Position numbers and translations under genes: made by a program. The notes beneath the pieces are model-generated. The model was not told the DNA's origin. It was given only the letters and a program-made list of their open reading frames with translations, and ran no database searches. Source: Octopus vulgaris (Eukaryota). Taken from it: a DNA stretch of 64,000 bases. The first letter of the stretch is position 1. The number at the start of each line of letters is the position of its first letter. The DNA lies in NCBI GenBank assembly GCA_951406725.2, contig OX597815.1:33356001-33420000 (forward strand), written 5' to 3'. Positions 23,381 to 36,817 of the stretch are shown piece after piece.

Positions 23381-23807
23381 TCTGTTTATAATTCCAAAAT
23401 AATTTTCAGACGAAAAGGTGTGTGATTTAAAGGAAATTTAGTTGTTGTTTCTAGCACATCACATGATCCCCTGACCCTTCCTCGATTCTTTATCTCATGT
23501 ATTGATGTTTTTGAATAATTTTTTACCTATAGACAAATTTTATAGAATGATGATGCGGTGGTCTATTACTAGGGTTTGAGCAACAACAAAAAAATTATGT
23601 AATGTAAATTTTTAATCCCCACCCCGCATCAAGCGAGTCCCCGCGCGTGGGCGCGTGTGCGTAAGAAAGAACATATTTGCTAACGGAAAAGTATGCTTAT
23701 TAAATTAGATTAACTTTTACATGATTTTTCAAATCACTCTGGCGTCCGAATGAAATTCATTAAACACATACATGCACACACACTGACAAATACATACACG
23801 TTCAGAA

Positions 23808-24038
23808 GGCGGCGAGCCGGCAGAAACGTTAGCACGCCGGGCGAAATGCGTAGCCGTATTTCGTCTGCCGTTACGTTCTGAGTTCAAATTCCGCCGAGGT
23901 CGACTTTGCCTTTCATCCTTTCGGGGTCGATTAAATAAGTACCAGTTACGCACTGGAGTCGATATAATCGACTTAATCCGTTTGTCTGTCCTTGTTTGTC
24001 CTCTCTGTGTTTAGCCCCTTGTGGGTAGTAAAGAAATA
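23808..24038 (+). mobile_element. SINE family B, full length
   Basis: GGCGGCGAGCCGGCAGAAACG...GAGTTCAAATTCC...GTAGTAAAGAAATA. Confidence 0.9.
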
Positions 24039-24349
24039 AATACATACACCAAGAGAGGGGAAAGGTTTACCATGAGAAAAACGAAAAATGAATGAGATAG
24101 ACTGAGATCTTTTCTGCTGCTGTAACACATTTTTAAATTTTAAAATAACGTGAAAATTTTCAACTTTCGTATATTGATGTATTTATTCACATTGAATCCG
24201 AGTTTGTGATTCATTAATTCTAGAAAAAAAATTGGAAAACTGTTATAGAAGCTTAAAGTTTGATCATTTTTTATTTTTACGTACGCAGAAAACAGGATTT
24301 GTGCTTAATGAATGAGGTCTGTAACATTTAAATGGTGCTTCTGTGAGTG

Positions 24350-24475
24350 TATGTGTGGTGTGTGTGTGTGTGTGTGTGTTGATGATGATGGTGATGATGA
24401 TGGTGGTGGCGGTGGTGGTGGTGGTGGGGATGATGGTGGTGGTGGTGATGATAATGATGATGATGGTGATGATGA

Positions 24476-24509
<34 letters not shown>

Positions 24510-24610
24510 GGTGGTGGTGGTGGTGGTGGTGGTGATGTTGATGATTGTGCTGGTAGTAGTGGTGATGGTGGTGGTGATGGTGGTGGTGGTGATGATGATG
24601 ATGATGGTGG

Positions 24611-24698
<88 letters not shown>

Positions 24699-24730
24699 GA
24701 TGATGATGGTTGTGGTGGTGGTGGTGGTGG

Positions 24731-24761
<31 letters not shown>

Positions 24762-24770
24762 GATGATGAA
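24350..24770. repeat. Compound (GT)/(GAT)/(GGT) microsatellite
   Basis: Direct inspection. Confidence 0.95.
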
Positions 24771-25125
24771 TAGACTCCGTTCTATTATAGACACAAGGCC
24801 TGAAATTTTGCAGGTGGATGCTAGTCGATTACATGAACTCTAGTTCTCAGCTGATACTTATTTCATCGACCTCAAAAAGAGTGAAAAGCAAAGTCGTCCT
24901 CGGCAGAATTTGAGTCCAGAACATCATGAGAGACGAAATGCTGCTAAGCATTTTTCTCTGGGGTGTTGATAATCCTGTCATATGATAATTAGCTAATTGT
25001 ATAGTGTGCTTAGTTGTGCTACAATTCGCTGCAAAGGGTTTGAAGAGGAGGCAGAAAGGAACCGTATTAGTCAAGAAAAAGAAAGATAGTAATGAGTGCT
25101 AGAAGTGCCTACACAGTATACGAAA

Positions 25126-25522
25126 TCTTTATATATAAAAGTCAAGTTGTGTGTCTGTCTCCTATGATTTAGATTCCTAACTACTCCCATATTTTGCGGT
25201 GCAGTTTAACCAAAACCGGGTATCTTATAGTCGTGATTCATATCGAGCCCTTCTGGGTATTAGCACGCGTCTACGATGAGTCTACGATTTAAAAAAAAAT
25301 TTAACATCATTTTTTCCATTTTAATGCATTTTTTCGCTATTATATAAGGGAAGTAACTCTCTAAAAATGTCTACGATGAGTCAACGATTTTTAAAAAAAA
25401 TTTACCATCATTTTTTTCCATTTTTAATGCATTTTTTTGCTATTTTTTGGCTATAACTCTCTAAAAATGCTTATATAGTTATTTCCCTTACAAACCCGAG
25501 CAACGCCGGGCGATACTGCTTG
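25126..25522 (+). mobile_element. Non-autonomous Helitron
   Basis: A|TCTTTATATATAAAAG 5' end; 3' hairpin CCCGAGCAACGCCGGG followed by CGATACTGCTTG|T (CTAG mutated to CTTG); no TSD; internal ~100-bp tandem duplication (GTCTACGATGAGTC at 25269 and 25369). Confidence 0.82.
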
Positions 25523-25870
25523 TAAATCATAAAATGATAGTAAAGCGAACAAATACCATAAAGAGGAAACGGTGCATAGGCAAATCAGGAGTAGCGTTGG
25601 TGAATGTCAGGAGGTACGAAATTTTTGAAGGATGCAGTATCCTGACAACTAATTACGATGCTGTTGGTTTATTCCTTGCTTTGACAATTCTGAGCGTGAA
25701 AGTCATCGATGCTGCGTTATTTATTTATTTGTTTATTTCCACTTTATGAGCAGATCCATGATTGGTGGAGGTATTGAATTAAAAAAGAAAGTGGCCAAAA
25801 TTGTTGTCCAAACGTGCTAAAAACGTCGAAGCTTTAATGTGTCGATGCCATCAGAAGCTATATGATCAAG

Positions 25871-26218
25871 GCGGCGAGCTGGCAGAAACGTTAGCACGCC
25901 GGGCGAAATGCTTTGTGGTATTTCGTCCGCCGCTGCGTTCTGAGTTCAAATTCCACCGAGGTCGACTTTGCCTTTCATCCTTTCGGGGTCGATAAATTAA
26001 GTACCAGTTACGCACTGGGTCGATGTAATCGACTTGATCTGTTTGTCTGCCCTTGTTTGTCCTCTCTGTGTTTAGCCCCTTGTGGGTAGTAAAGGTATTT
26101 CGGAGTCGATAAATTAAGTACCAGTTACGCACTGGGGTTGGTGTAATCGACTTAATCCGTTTGTCTGTCCTTGTTTGTCCCCTCTATGTTTAGCCCCTTG
26201 TGGGCAATAAAGAAATAG
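25871..26218 (+). mobile_element. SINE family B with duplicated 3' half inside one 17-bp TSD
   Basis: TSD GAAGCTATATGATCAAG at 25854-25870 and 26219-26235. Confidence 0.9.
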
Positions 26219-26361
26219 GAAGCTATATGATCAAGATATAGTGGGTGTGTGAGGGATTTGAGGCTGCAACTGCAAACTGTAAGAGTAGATTTGCCAAAGC
26301 CATATATAGCTTTAAACTGATACTAAAACACTTTTGACTTTTTACAAATGTAGTTTGTCCT

Positions 26362-26582
26362 ACTCTCTTTCTTTTACTCTCTTTTACTTGTTTCAGTCAT
26401 TTGACTGCGGCCATTCTGGAGCACCGCCTTTAGTCGAGCAAATCGACCCCGGGACTTATTCTTTGTAAGCCCAGTACTTATTCTATCGGTCTCTTTTTTG
26501 CCGAACCGCTAAGTGACGGGGACGTAAACACACCAGCATCGGTTGTCAAGCAATGCTTGGGGGAACAAACACAGACACACAA

Positions 26583-26657
<75 letters not shown>

Positions 26658-26797
26658 TACGACAGGCTTCTTTCAGTTTCCGTCTACCAAATCCACTCAC
26701 AAGGCATTGTGAAGACACTTGCCCAAGATGCCACGCAGTGGGACTCAACCCGGAACCATGTGGTTGGTTAGCAAGCTACTTACCACACACCCACTCC
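26362..26797 (-). mobile_element. SINE family A
   Basis: Colinear with other copies; long (TA)n. Confidence 0.9.
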
Positions 26798-26799
26798 TT

Positions 26800-27300
26800 T
26801 CTGACAATACCTTGGCCATGTTCACGAGCAGACTTCTTAAGGTTTGTGTTGTAGAAAGAGTAGACTAATTTTGGGATTTTGTGCCACAAAAGCGACATAA
26901 ATCGTTTGTGTGGCGTAGAATTAAATACTTTAGTGAAGACGCGATAGAAAACATTCAACCATGAAGCGCCATATATGATTTCGGTGATGTCTTTAAGAAA
27001 TTCGATAAGTTCGCTACAGCAGATGAACTAGTGGATAAATCCAAACTGTGATGTTCGAATAAGGTTATGGGGATTTTAGAAGTTCCAGAATGCCTCTTTC
27101 TGACATAGGACTTCGTCAATTTGGTGGTACAACTGGTGAGACTGACGGGGCGGAAATTGACAGGTGAGGTATTTCGTATGCGACCAGATTGAATTAAAGA
27201 TATGTTGAAGGATATTGGCAACATCTCCAGAATCATGAAATGCAAGTCAGTTTGGGCGATGTAACTCAAGACAGTAGAAGTTCCATTCAAAGCGAGCAAC
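26800..27300 (-). pseudogene. Decayed CR1-like RT fragment
   Basis: SPVNFRPVSLTSCTTKL and NVFYRVFTKVFNSTPHKR (degenerate DxxKAFDSVPH). Confidence 0.7.
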
Positions 27301-27846
27301 CCGGGTATGATAGTGAATTTTCTTTCTGCTGATAAAATTCGGATTGACACTGATCATAGCGTGGTCTGTTGTCGTCAAAAGGTTCCTCTTGATAATGATT
27401 ACCACATTGTTTATCCTCTTGACAATGATTATCACATTGTTTAGAGCTTTACAGTATCTTCACTATGTATCAGAGTCACAAATGTTTCAATCCTTAGCCT
27501 GTAGGCTTCGCCTAAATGCTACAACGAGGACTGAATTAGCCTTCCTCTACAGAAGGGTTCCATCTATGGTCTTTTGTCAACTATAACCACCTAGAGCTGG
27601 TCTTAGCTACTATCAGTATCTCCCTTGTGAATTCTGAAGTATTTACTAAATACCAATGAAACCGGTCGGTTCGATCGTCAGCCGATGCAGCCGAAAAAGC
27701 CTTTCTGGGCCTGAATTCACGGCGGGACTGAATACATACCGATATGAATCTTTATGTCTCCCGCTACTGTATCATTACAATTATTTTTGTTTAATTTATA
27801 TCAGTTGTAATCGACCAAATACATGAGAGTCCTGACCATTTTTAGT

Positions 27847-28064
27847 TACTCTTTACTCTTTTACTCTTTTACTTGTTTCAGTCATTTGACTGTGGCCATG
27901 CTGGAGCACCGCCTTTAGTCGAGCAAATCAACCCAGGGACTTATTCTTTGTAAGCCCAGTACTTATTCTATCGGTCTCTTTTGCCGAACCGCTAAGTTAC
28001 GGGGACGGAAACACACCAGCATCGGTTGTCAAGCAATGCTAAGGAGACAAACACAGACACACAG

Positions 28065-28139
<75 letters not shown>

Positions 28140-28307
28140 CATATATACGACAGGCTTCTTTCAGTTTCCGTCTACCAAATCCATTCACAAGGCATTGGTC
28201 GACCCGGGGCTATAGCAGAAGACATTTGCCCAAGATGCCACGCAGTGGGACTCAACCCGGAACCATGTGGTTGGTAAGCAAGCTACTTACCACACAGCCA
28301 CTCCTGC
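27847..28307 (-). mobile_element. SINE family A
   Basis: Colinear with other copies. Confidence 0.9.
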
Positions 28308-29309
28308 ATTATTTAGTTATTTATTTATTTATTTGTTTATTTATTTATTGATTTGTTTATTTATTTATTTATTTATTTATTTAATTATCATTAATATCAT
28401 TATCCAATATTCCTTTTCTTGTTTTGACAAGATTAGAAAAATATTTGTCAATGAATTCAAGTGAGTCGAACGACCGCGTAGAGCCTCTTTATAGTAGTAT
28501 GAAGTTGTTGCTGTTACTGATGTGAGGCTCACCAACTTTAGTAGCATGGGTTCTAGCCACCCTGTGCAATACCCAATTACTAGTTCCCTTCCTGAAATGT
28601 AACATGTTCGACTACAACAAACACACGTATATAAACGTTGTCGTCCTGTATAATCCACACCACCCATTGATAAAAGCAGTTCAAATCGATCAAAGGCATT
28701 CAAACCACAACCACCCAGATTTTTTTTTTATCTTTTAGTTTCAATCATAATGAATCTGGGGTTACATTTATGCAATATGAATTGATTTAAGGGAAGCTTG
28801 GCTGCTATTTCTCGCAAATAAATCAAACGCTTGCAAGAAGTAGATTAAAGGGAAGTAACTGAATTAAATCTTAACAGATTTATTTCCCTTGACAAACTCA
28901 TAAATCGCGTTTAGTTGTAGTTTCAATGTATTTTATTGATGTCTAAAGGAATAGTAAAAAAGACACAAATTCCTTTTGCTCCCAGCAGATCTGAAGTGTC
29001 ATACGTATCTCAAAACTATATACTGAAGTTATTATTTGGCCCCCAACTCAGCCTTGATTTTACAAATCTATGACTAAAGGCGTTTGTATCAAGACAATCT
29101 CGCCTTTTTGTATATCCAGGATTAAATTGTTCATGTCCTTTCTTTCATGAAATAGAGAATGTGGGTTGGAGATTGAGCCACTGTGTGGAATTCCATCATT
29201 CGGATATCGAAGTTGTAGTATCAGTGCAGAAAACTGAAGTCATGTTTTACTTTCGATTTTCTTCCAAGACAAAAAATAAGTGCATGAACATTGTACTTTT
29301 CCACTTCCG

Positions 29310-29728
29310 GGATCTTTTCGGTTTGAACGGCAGTTTTTTTCTAGCGGTGTCATATTAAATTGTCACCCATAATTATGACCCTAGTATCGATCTATTGCAT
29401 TTCAATCTATTTTAGGGTTAGGGTTAGGGTTGGGGGGAAGTGTATCTTTTTTTCTTCACAACTGTAAATAAACCCAATCTGTTTCTTAAACGAGGGACAT
29501 ATTCATACGGCACCGAATGTTGTTTACCTCAATGGACGTCAGTGATTGGTTGAAATTGCAGAAATTGAAGAGAAAAAAACAACAAATATCTTACAAACTA
29601 TAAAATTTTCTCAATAAAGCCAAGAGAAAAAGATGTTTTATAAACACATTCTACCAGTATACGAAGTTTAAAATCTTTTAGTTACCTAGAAATTATGTTA
29701 AAAACTGCCGTTCAAACCGAAAAGATCC
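29310..29728. mobile_element. MITE with ~29-bp perfect TIRs and internal (TTAGGG)n; possibly Mutator-like
   Basis: GGATCTTTTCGGTTTGAACGGCAGTTTTT / AAAAACTGCCGTTCAAACCGAAAAGATCC; flanks CCACTTCCG / CCACTTCCT (9-bp TSD, 8/9 match). Confidence 0.88.
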
Positions 29729-30227
29729 CCACTTCCTCTTGACACTAAATCTGAGCTGTCTTATATATCTGTCAGAAATCATCAGTTATTATTATTGCCC
29801 ACTCATTAGAATTTGAGTTTCTGTAATAAATTGTTTTCGATTTCAAAATATCAACCTTTGTCTTCTATTATAATTCCATTCACATCTAAAGTGCATTACA
29901 GGAATATTATATCGACCAGCTACATTTTATTTTTCCGCTTGTAAAAGGATGGAAGTCTAAGTTGATCTCGACTGTGTAAATACTCCGGATATTTTGCTAA
30001 CGTTATCTTCTGCCAATCCACCATCTAATTTTAGTGTTTTTAAACTTCAATTTCAGAATATTTTTCGAGTTGGTGTTTTCTATCCGAGCTTCCGTTGTTT
30101 TAATATTGTGTAAAAGGAAACAAACATATAAAAAGAAAATTTATACATAAACTTGATCGGTTCGCGTTTTAGCCACTGCCGGATTATGTGTGTAATTTGT
30201 TCGCGTTTTAGCCACTGCCGGATTATA

Positions 30228-30441
30228 TTACTCTTTTACTTGTTTCAGTCATTTGACTGCGGCCATGCTGGAGCACCGCTTTTAATCGAGCAACTCGACC
30301 CCGGGACTTATTCTTTTGTAAGCCCAGTACTTATTCTATCGGTTTCTTTTGCCGAACTGCTAAGTTACGGGGACATAAACACACCAGCATCGGTTGTCAA
30401 GCAATGCTAGGGGGACAAACACAGACACACAAACACGCACA

Positions 30442-30511
<70 letters not shown>

Positions 30512-30678
30512 TACGACGGGCTTCTTTCAGTTTCCATCTACCAAATCCACTCACAAGGCTTTGGTCGGCCCGAGGCTATAGTAGAAGACACTTGCCCAAG
30601 GTGCCACGTAGTGGGACTGAACCCGGAATCATGTGGTTGGTAAGCAAGTTACTTACCACACAGCCACTCCTGCGCCTA
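30228..30678 (-). mobile_element. SINE family A
   Basis: Colinear with other copies. Confidence 0.9.
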
Positions 30679-30859
30679 TGTGTAATTTGTTCATTGAACA
30701 GCGCTACGAATTCCCCCTTGTTTTTCAAAAATACCCCCTAAATCATAAAATACGGTGGGTAAAATCTGCCTTATTTTCCAAATCCTGACAGCAACACTGT
30801 AGCTGGAAACAGGATAATAATCTCATTCTACATTTTATTACATTCGTAAATATAAACAC

Positions 30860-31260
30860 GTTTTTTAGCACAACACACGCGAAGTCAAAAAGAAACACTG
30901 CTTTTCACAAGCACACCAGGGTCGGTAGTGTGAACAACAGTGCTCTCTCTCCCTAGCGTGCAGCTTCTTATTTCGGACATGTGAGCATGCGCACAACAGC
31001 CAAACACCGCGTCGTTGGAACTGTTGAGCGCACAGTTCTATACAAGGATTTTTGTATTTTTTCATAAACTAGGGGATGGCTAATGACATTAAACTTAAAG
31101 ATTATATAATGTACAAGTATAAAGAAAGACGTAAAGAAAAAAGAACTCATTATATTGAATGTTATCGATAACATCGAGGGGAAATAGTGGGTGCTGCAGA
31201 TCCCCAGTTTCTGTACACGAGCCGCCAAACTGAGCTGTTTAGAATTTTTTCAGGTGGCGT
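30860..31260. promoter_or_regulatory. Candidate CpG-retaining promoter/regulatory region
   Basis: Non-repetitive-looking and CpG-rich, with an NRF1-like GAGCATGCGCAC (~30983-30994); lies just left of the CpG-depleted half. Inference only. Confidence 0.25.
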
Positions 31261-31285
31261 TGTGTTTAGATTGTTTGGAAGAGTA

Positions 31286-32080
31286 AAGAATTTGGATTCT
31301 TATTGCAGAAGAATACGGTGTGGTCGTGTCAATGAAACATAAATCACCGAGCTGAGCGATTGCTGGTTCATACCTTGTCACCAATGAATCCGCTCGTTGA
31401 GCGGTTCACAACTTTTTCACAATCCAGTTCAAAATTCGACGGATCAATAACCTTTTGTGAACCTTTTTTGGATCTTTTCGGTTTGAACGGCAGTTTTTTT
31501 TCTAGCGGTGTCATATGAAATTGTTACCCATAATTATAACCCTAGTATCGCTCTATTGCATTTCAATCTGTTTTAGGGTTAGGGTTAGTTGGGGTTAGTT
31601 AGGGTTAGGGTTGGGGGGAAGGGTATCTTTTTTTCTTCAGAAATGTAAATAAACCCAATCTGTTTCTTAAACGAGTGACATATTCATACGGCACAGAATG
31701 TTTTTTACCTCAATAGACGTATTTGATTGGTTGAAATTGAAGAAAAAAACAACAAATATCTTACAAACTATAGAATTTTCTCAATAAAGCCAAGAAAAAA
31801 GATGTTTTATAAACACATTCTACCAGTATACGAAGTTTAAAAGTGTTTAGTTACCTAGAAATTATGTTAAAAACTGCCGTTCAAACCGAAAAGATCCAAG
31901 AATTTTTATCTTTATTGTAGAACACGATGTGGTCGTGTCAATGAAACATAAATCACCCAGCTGAGCGATTGTTGGTTCATACCTTGTCACCAATGAATCC
32001 GCTTCGTTGAGCGGTTCACAACTTTTTCACTATCATGATCCAGTTCAAGGTTCGACGGATCAATAACCTTTTGTGAACCC
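31286..32080. repeat. ~180-bp direct repeats (31286-31469, 31898-32080) flanking a MITE
   Basis: GTGGTCGTGTCAATGAAACATAAATCAC...GACGGATCAATAACCTTTTGTGAACC is present twice. Confidence 0.9.
31470..31897. mobile_element. Second copy of the TTAGGG-containing MITE
   Basis: Same TIRs and colinear interior as 29310-29728; no short TSD. Confidence 0.9.
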
Positions 32081-33328
32081 TTTTTTTTTTTTCTTTTAAA
32101 TGTATTCCAACTTAACATGTGATGTTATTTCTTGGGGAAATATTCATCGGTTTTTGTTTACAGTAAATGTTGTTTTGTAGTTCTACTTGGCTTATTGCAT
32201 CCTAAATTCATAAACATTTTACATTTCATTAAATATTTCAGATATAAAAGATAATGATATTGCATCGATGTAGGATGTTAAACCGAGCATTAAATTAAGT
32301 CTATCATCAAGAACTCAGAACCAAAGGTATCTCGTTCGACCGGGATTTGAACTCCGCGCATTAATACATACAGAGTACACTTAGTAATGTAAGAACTAAA
32401 ATAAGTTCACCACGGGATCATTTTCTGTTATCACAATCAATCCTTGGTCAACAGCCTTAGTTCTTTTGATCACTCCGACTTCATAAAATAAATTTGCTTT
32501 GTCTCTGATTAAAAAAAGAAAAACTTCGTTGTTATTATTAGTCACATAGTTCACCAGTTATACAGAGCAAGAATAAATTTCTGTCGAGTCCAGATTTTAG
32601 AAATATTTCTTTATTCTATTGTACAGTTTAAAATTGGTTACGGTACGATTTAAACAAAAAAAATGTATTTATCTCCCTTTTAATGTATAGTTACCTCCCT
32701 TGTACTGTTAACAGTTCTTTGTTCAATTCTTTAGGCACTTTTAATTGTTTTTCATTACACAATATCTTAAAAAGAAAAAAACATCATAACAGTAATAAAT
32801 GATTAAATAAAATCATTCTTACACATAGGTGAATCAGATTCCTATATCTAAAATCTCTTTAAAAACAACGATTGTATGTATAATTGGAGGAGGTTAATGC
32901 CCTGTTCGTTTAAGACATGAGCTATGAGGTAGTTTAAGATTAGACCAGAACCGAGAAGGAAAGTTGGTCTATATAGCGACGTAGAAAGATAAAGCAGGCT
33001 ACAAGGTCAAACGTTGCACTTCCTGAGTGAATACTTATCCGAAATGTGTGCGTGCATAGAGTGTGTCCTGTTCTAGATGTGTTTGTTTATTATCATTATG
33101 CTGACATCTACCTCTGAAGGGCGAACATGAATTTGAAATGCAGTTTAACATAAGTTAAATATCTGTGGTCCCGTGAGCCAACAACGAAAAATCTGCATAG
33201 TCTCTCAACTTGCTAGAAGTATCTGCCATTTCTCCCTGAAATTAAGTGTTATAATCTTTAAAAAAGGAAGGATTCATAGGTGCACCTGAGCACTGTATAC
33301 AATAATTTCATCATTATTATTATTATTA

Positions 33329-33392
<64 letters not shown>

Positions 33393-33544
33393 CATCATGT
33401 AGTTCTAGATACATTGCCTTTGAGAAAAGTGGGAGAAATGTGGTTAGAACAGCTTTGACCATAGGTCTGCTCATTCAGAGTTCATGTGGAGCCAAACAGC
33501 TGTAATCACTGGGGGTGAAAAAAAAATGAAAAAAAAAAAAAACA

Positions 33545-33790
33545 GATAAAAATAAGGCCTAAGAGAAATCAGATGTAATGTGCAAGGGAAGACGAAGCTG
33601 GTTAGGTCATGTGATACATATGGATGAGGACAGTGATATAAAGAAACGCCAGTTGCTTTCAAGTGGATGGAATTTGTGGAAGAGGGAAAGCCAGAAAAAC
33701 ATGGAACAAAGTAGTGAGCACTTCAGAGGAGATAACAAGGGGTTAAGATGATTGGCAGTTCACTGTGCTTAAGAAAACTTGGTCATTATT
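33545..33790 (+). mobile_element. Decayed RTE 3' fragment (same family as 46740-47160)
   Basis: GLREIRCNVQ...VDGICGRGKARKTWNKVV. Confidence 0.6.
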
Positions 33791-34158
33791 GCAAAAAAAA
33801 AAAAATGTCCTCAAACCATTTGAGTTCTGGTTTTATGTGTGAAACCCTACCCCTCCATTTTCTCTGCTCAATCAAGCACTCACCACATCTCACCCCTTCC
33901 CCTAACAACTATCGCTCTTCCATCTATAGCATCACTCAGCTACTGTAGTCATTTGAGAGCAAAATCACTGTCACATTCTTTGCACTTCCACTGTCTTCCT
34001 ACCCACTGGAACCACTTCCATCCCTCATTCTCTTTATCATCTCTTCCTACACTGTTTCTAAGGATCATCACTTCATTTCTGTGCCTTTAGTTATTTCTCT
34101 TTCATTTATGCTATATTCCATCTTAACACTCTATATATCTGCTATCATTCTCAATATC

Positions 34159-34390
34159 TATTTCTTTACGACCCACAAGGGGCTAAACACAGAGAGGACG
34201 AACAAAGACAGACAAACGGACTAAGTCGATTGTATCGACCCCAGTGAGTTACTGGTACTTATTTAATCGACCCCGAAAGGATGAATGGCAAAGTCGACCT
34301 CGGCGGAATTTGAACTCAGAGCGTAGCAGCAGATGAAATACCACTAAGTATTTCGCCCGGCTTGCTAACATTTCTGCCAGCTCTCCGCCT
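34159..34390 (-). mobile_element. SINE family B
   Basis: Colinear with 23808-24038; flanking direct repeat CATTCTCAATATC. Confidence 0.88.
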
Positions 34391-36054
34391 TTGTACATTC
34401 TCAATATCATCTCATATCTGCCATCAAACCCCACTCACTATATCCACCCCTATGCACCTCTACACCTCTATACCTCTCTCCTCACCACTCCAACACCTTG
34501 CACATCACCTTCAACCCTATTTTATGATCTATTCTCCTTCTTCAGCCACTTCTATCTCTTTCATCTTATCATCTCTCTTTACTGATATTTTCTATCACCC
34601 ACACCACCACTTTTCTTCATCACTTACTAGATTCACTTCCAACTCTTTTTCTAACCAATAGTTTCTCACCCCTGACAACATCTTATATCTTGAGATAGCT
34701 CTAACATCTAATCACCACCCTCTCTATCTACTTTCCAGCTACTCCCCAATACCCTGATATAATGCAGGGTAGCTATGCATCTCCTCTACAGCAAAACACC
34801 TATGCTTGTACTTCTGTCATACATTAGCCTCTCTCAATGCTTGACATGCAATCACACACACCCACCACTGTTGTCCCCTTAGTCAAGGGGGCCTTTTTTT
34901 CTTTTCTCCTGTTCTTTCTAGTCTTAAATGTTACCTAGCAACCACACTAGTGCCGGTGGAACAGAAAAATGCTCCCAGTACATACTGTAAAATGGGTGGC
35001 ATTAGGAAGAGCATTCAAACATAGAAACTATGCCAAAGCTGGCTTTGGAGCTTGACACAGCCTTGTATTTATCTGTATATAAGTTTATTCATGCAGTTCT
35101 ATGATACCCCACAATTGTATATATGCATAGGTCCAAAATAGTATAACTATCAATATAGAAATAACTAAACTTGAAAATGACTAGAAGAAATATTTATAAC
35201 AACATAGTTCACTAAATTTACCTTCCAAAAACAGAAAGGTTAAATTTTCTAAATAATGATCAAAAACATCAACAACAATTAAACTCCAGTTAGAATTCTG
35301 CTAACCAACTAACCTCTTTTTCTATTTACATTCTTTTATGAACCCTAAAACTCAAATTACCAACTTCCTATACTAACAACGTCATTACCTAAAGTTAACA
35401 CACCTAAATAAATACACTTGATTACAAAGTTTTACGTGCTTGATTGGCACAGTACATCATATGGAAATATTAAACTATTTTATGAAAAAGTGAACTTAGT
35501 CCCATTACATTCTAAGTCCTTTTTTAAAGTTTCTGGAGCTAATTGTTCTGAGTTCAGATCACAGCAAAAGAGTTTTGCTTTTCATTTCTCAGGTTTTTAT
35601 TTATATGTAAATTATCGATGGAGCCTACGGAAGTAAACTTTCACGCTAACAAACATGTGAAATCAAAGTGATAGATTATCTAAAGTTGAAGGCCGATATT
35701 TTCAAGAGAACAAACTCAGAAACCATTCAAAGCATGGTTCCTGGTAATTCTATTCAATTCTCCATCTCCCAGCTAAGATAGTTTTAGTTTATCTTGCTGT
35801 AGACATATAAAGTTTATTAATGTAAACTGTGAAGAATCTTTATCATTTGTTAACTAGCTTCTTGGAGCTCAGAGGTGTAGCTTGGAGAGCAGTGGGAGAA
35901 ATAAGTTTTAGGAACTAGAGTTACACTAAGGCCTGTGAAGCTGAGTTTAGGAATTGGGGGTGTGATTGCTATAATCCTATCTCCTATGAGCTGATAAGTA
36001 AGAGAAATCTATTTCCTTCATACTGTATACGTGAAAAAGAGGTAATTTCTACTC

Positions 36055-36237
36055 TTCTCCTCTGGAAGCCATCTACTCGCAATACCAGAGGGCGCACACT
36101 CTCCTACCCTGATGTAATCTCCAGGGATACAGGCATCCAGCAACAGGGCCTCCATAATGCCATGATGGACCGTGAAGTCTGGCATAGCATAATAAATTCC
36201 ATTGTCTCGACCACGGTCGAACAATGATGATGATGAT
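36055..36237 (+). mobile_element. RTE-like LINE extreme 3' end with (GAT)n tail
   Basis: GRTLSYPDVISRDTG...AMMDREVWHSIIN followed by TGATGATGAT. Confidence 0.7.
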
Positions 36238-36586
36238 ACCTTTTATTTCCATCACTGTTGGAGAGTTATGGTTTTTGTTAGGTTGCTTCATTATTAATAC
36301 ACTACTGCAGCTCTTTGACTTCAATGGTGTTCAAGAATTCAAAAGCATAATAGACACATTTAATGTTGGTGAGATAAATCACTGGATATTTGATATATGA
36401 ATTATCGAAGTACTTGTCTTTCTACAGTAAGATGTTCCACTAAAATGATAAAGAAGGCTTATAGATGAGGAGTAAATTGAAAAGGAGAGGGCAGAGAAAG
36501 ACAGATGATGCAAAGAGAGACTGTAAGATAAAAATAAAGGGATCAGTGGCAAGGAAGTAAGAGAGAAGAAGAAAGAGATTGAGAGC

Positions 36587-36752
36587 AGGAGCAGGAGTGG
36601 CTGTGTGGTAAGTAGCTTGCTTACCAACCACATGGTTTCGGGTTCATTCCCACTGTGTGGCACCTTAGGCAAGTGTCTTCTACTATAGCCTTGGGCTGAC
36701 CAAGGCCTTGTGAGTGGATTTGGTAGATGGAGACTGAAAGAAACCCATTGAA

Positions 36753-36817
<65 letters not shown>

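Noticed and set aside
29411-29438. True telomere or chromosome-fusion relic
   Set aside because: Only a few TTAGGG units, located inside a TIR-bounded MITE that is present twice.
32325-32400. tRNA-like T-arm on the minus strand (GGAGTTCAAATCCCGGTCGAACG)
   Set aside because: No D-arm or acceptor partner found; at most a SINE or tRNA relic.
36282-36426. Plus-strand exon (TTTTTGTTAG|...ACA|GTAAG) ending MNYRSTCLST
   Set aside because: All three frames contain stops, so it could only be a 5' UTR/start exon; too weak to call without RNA data.
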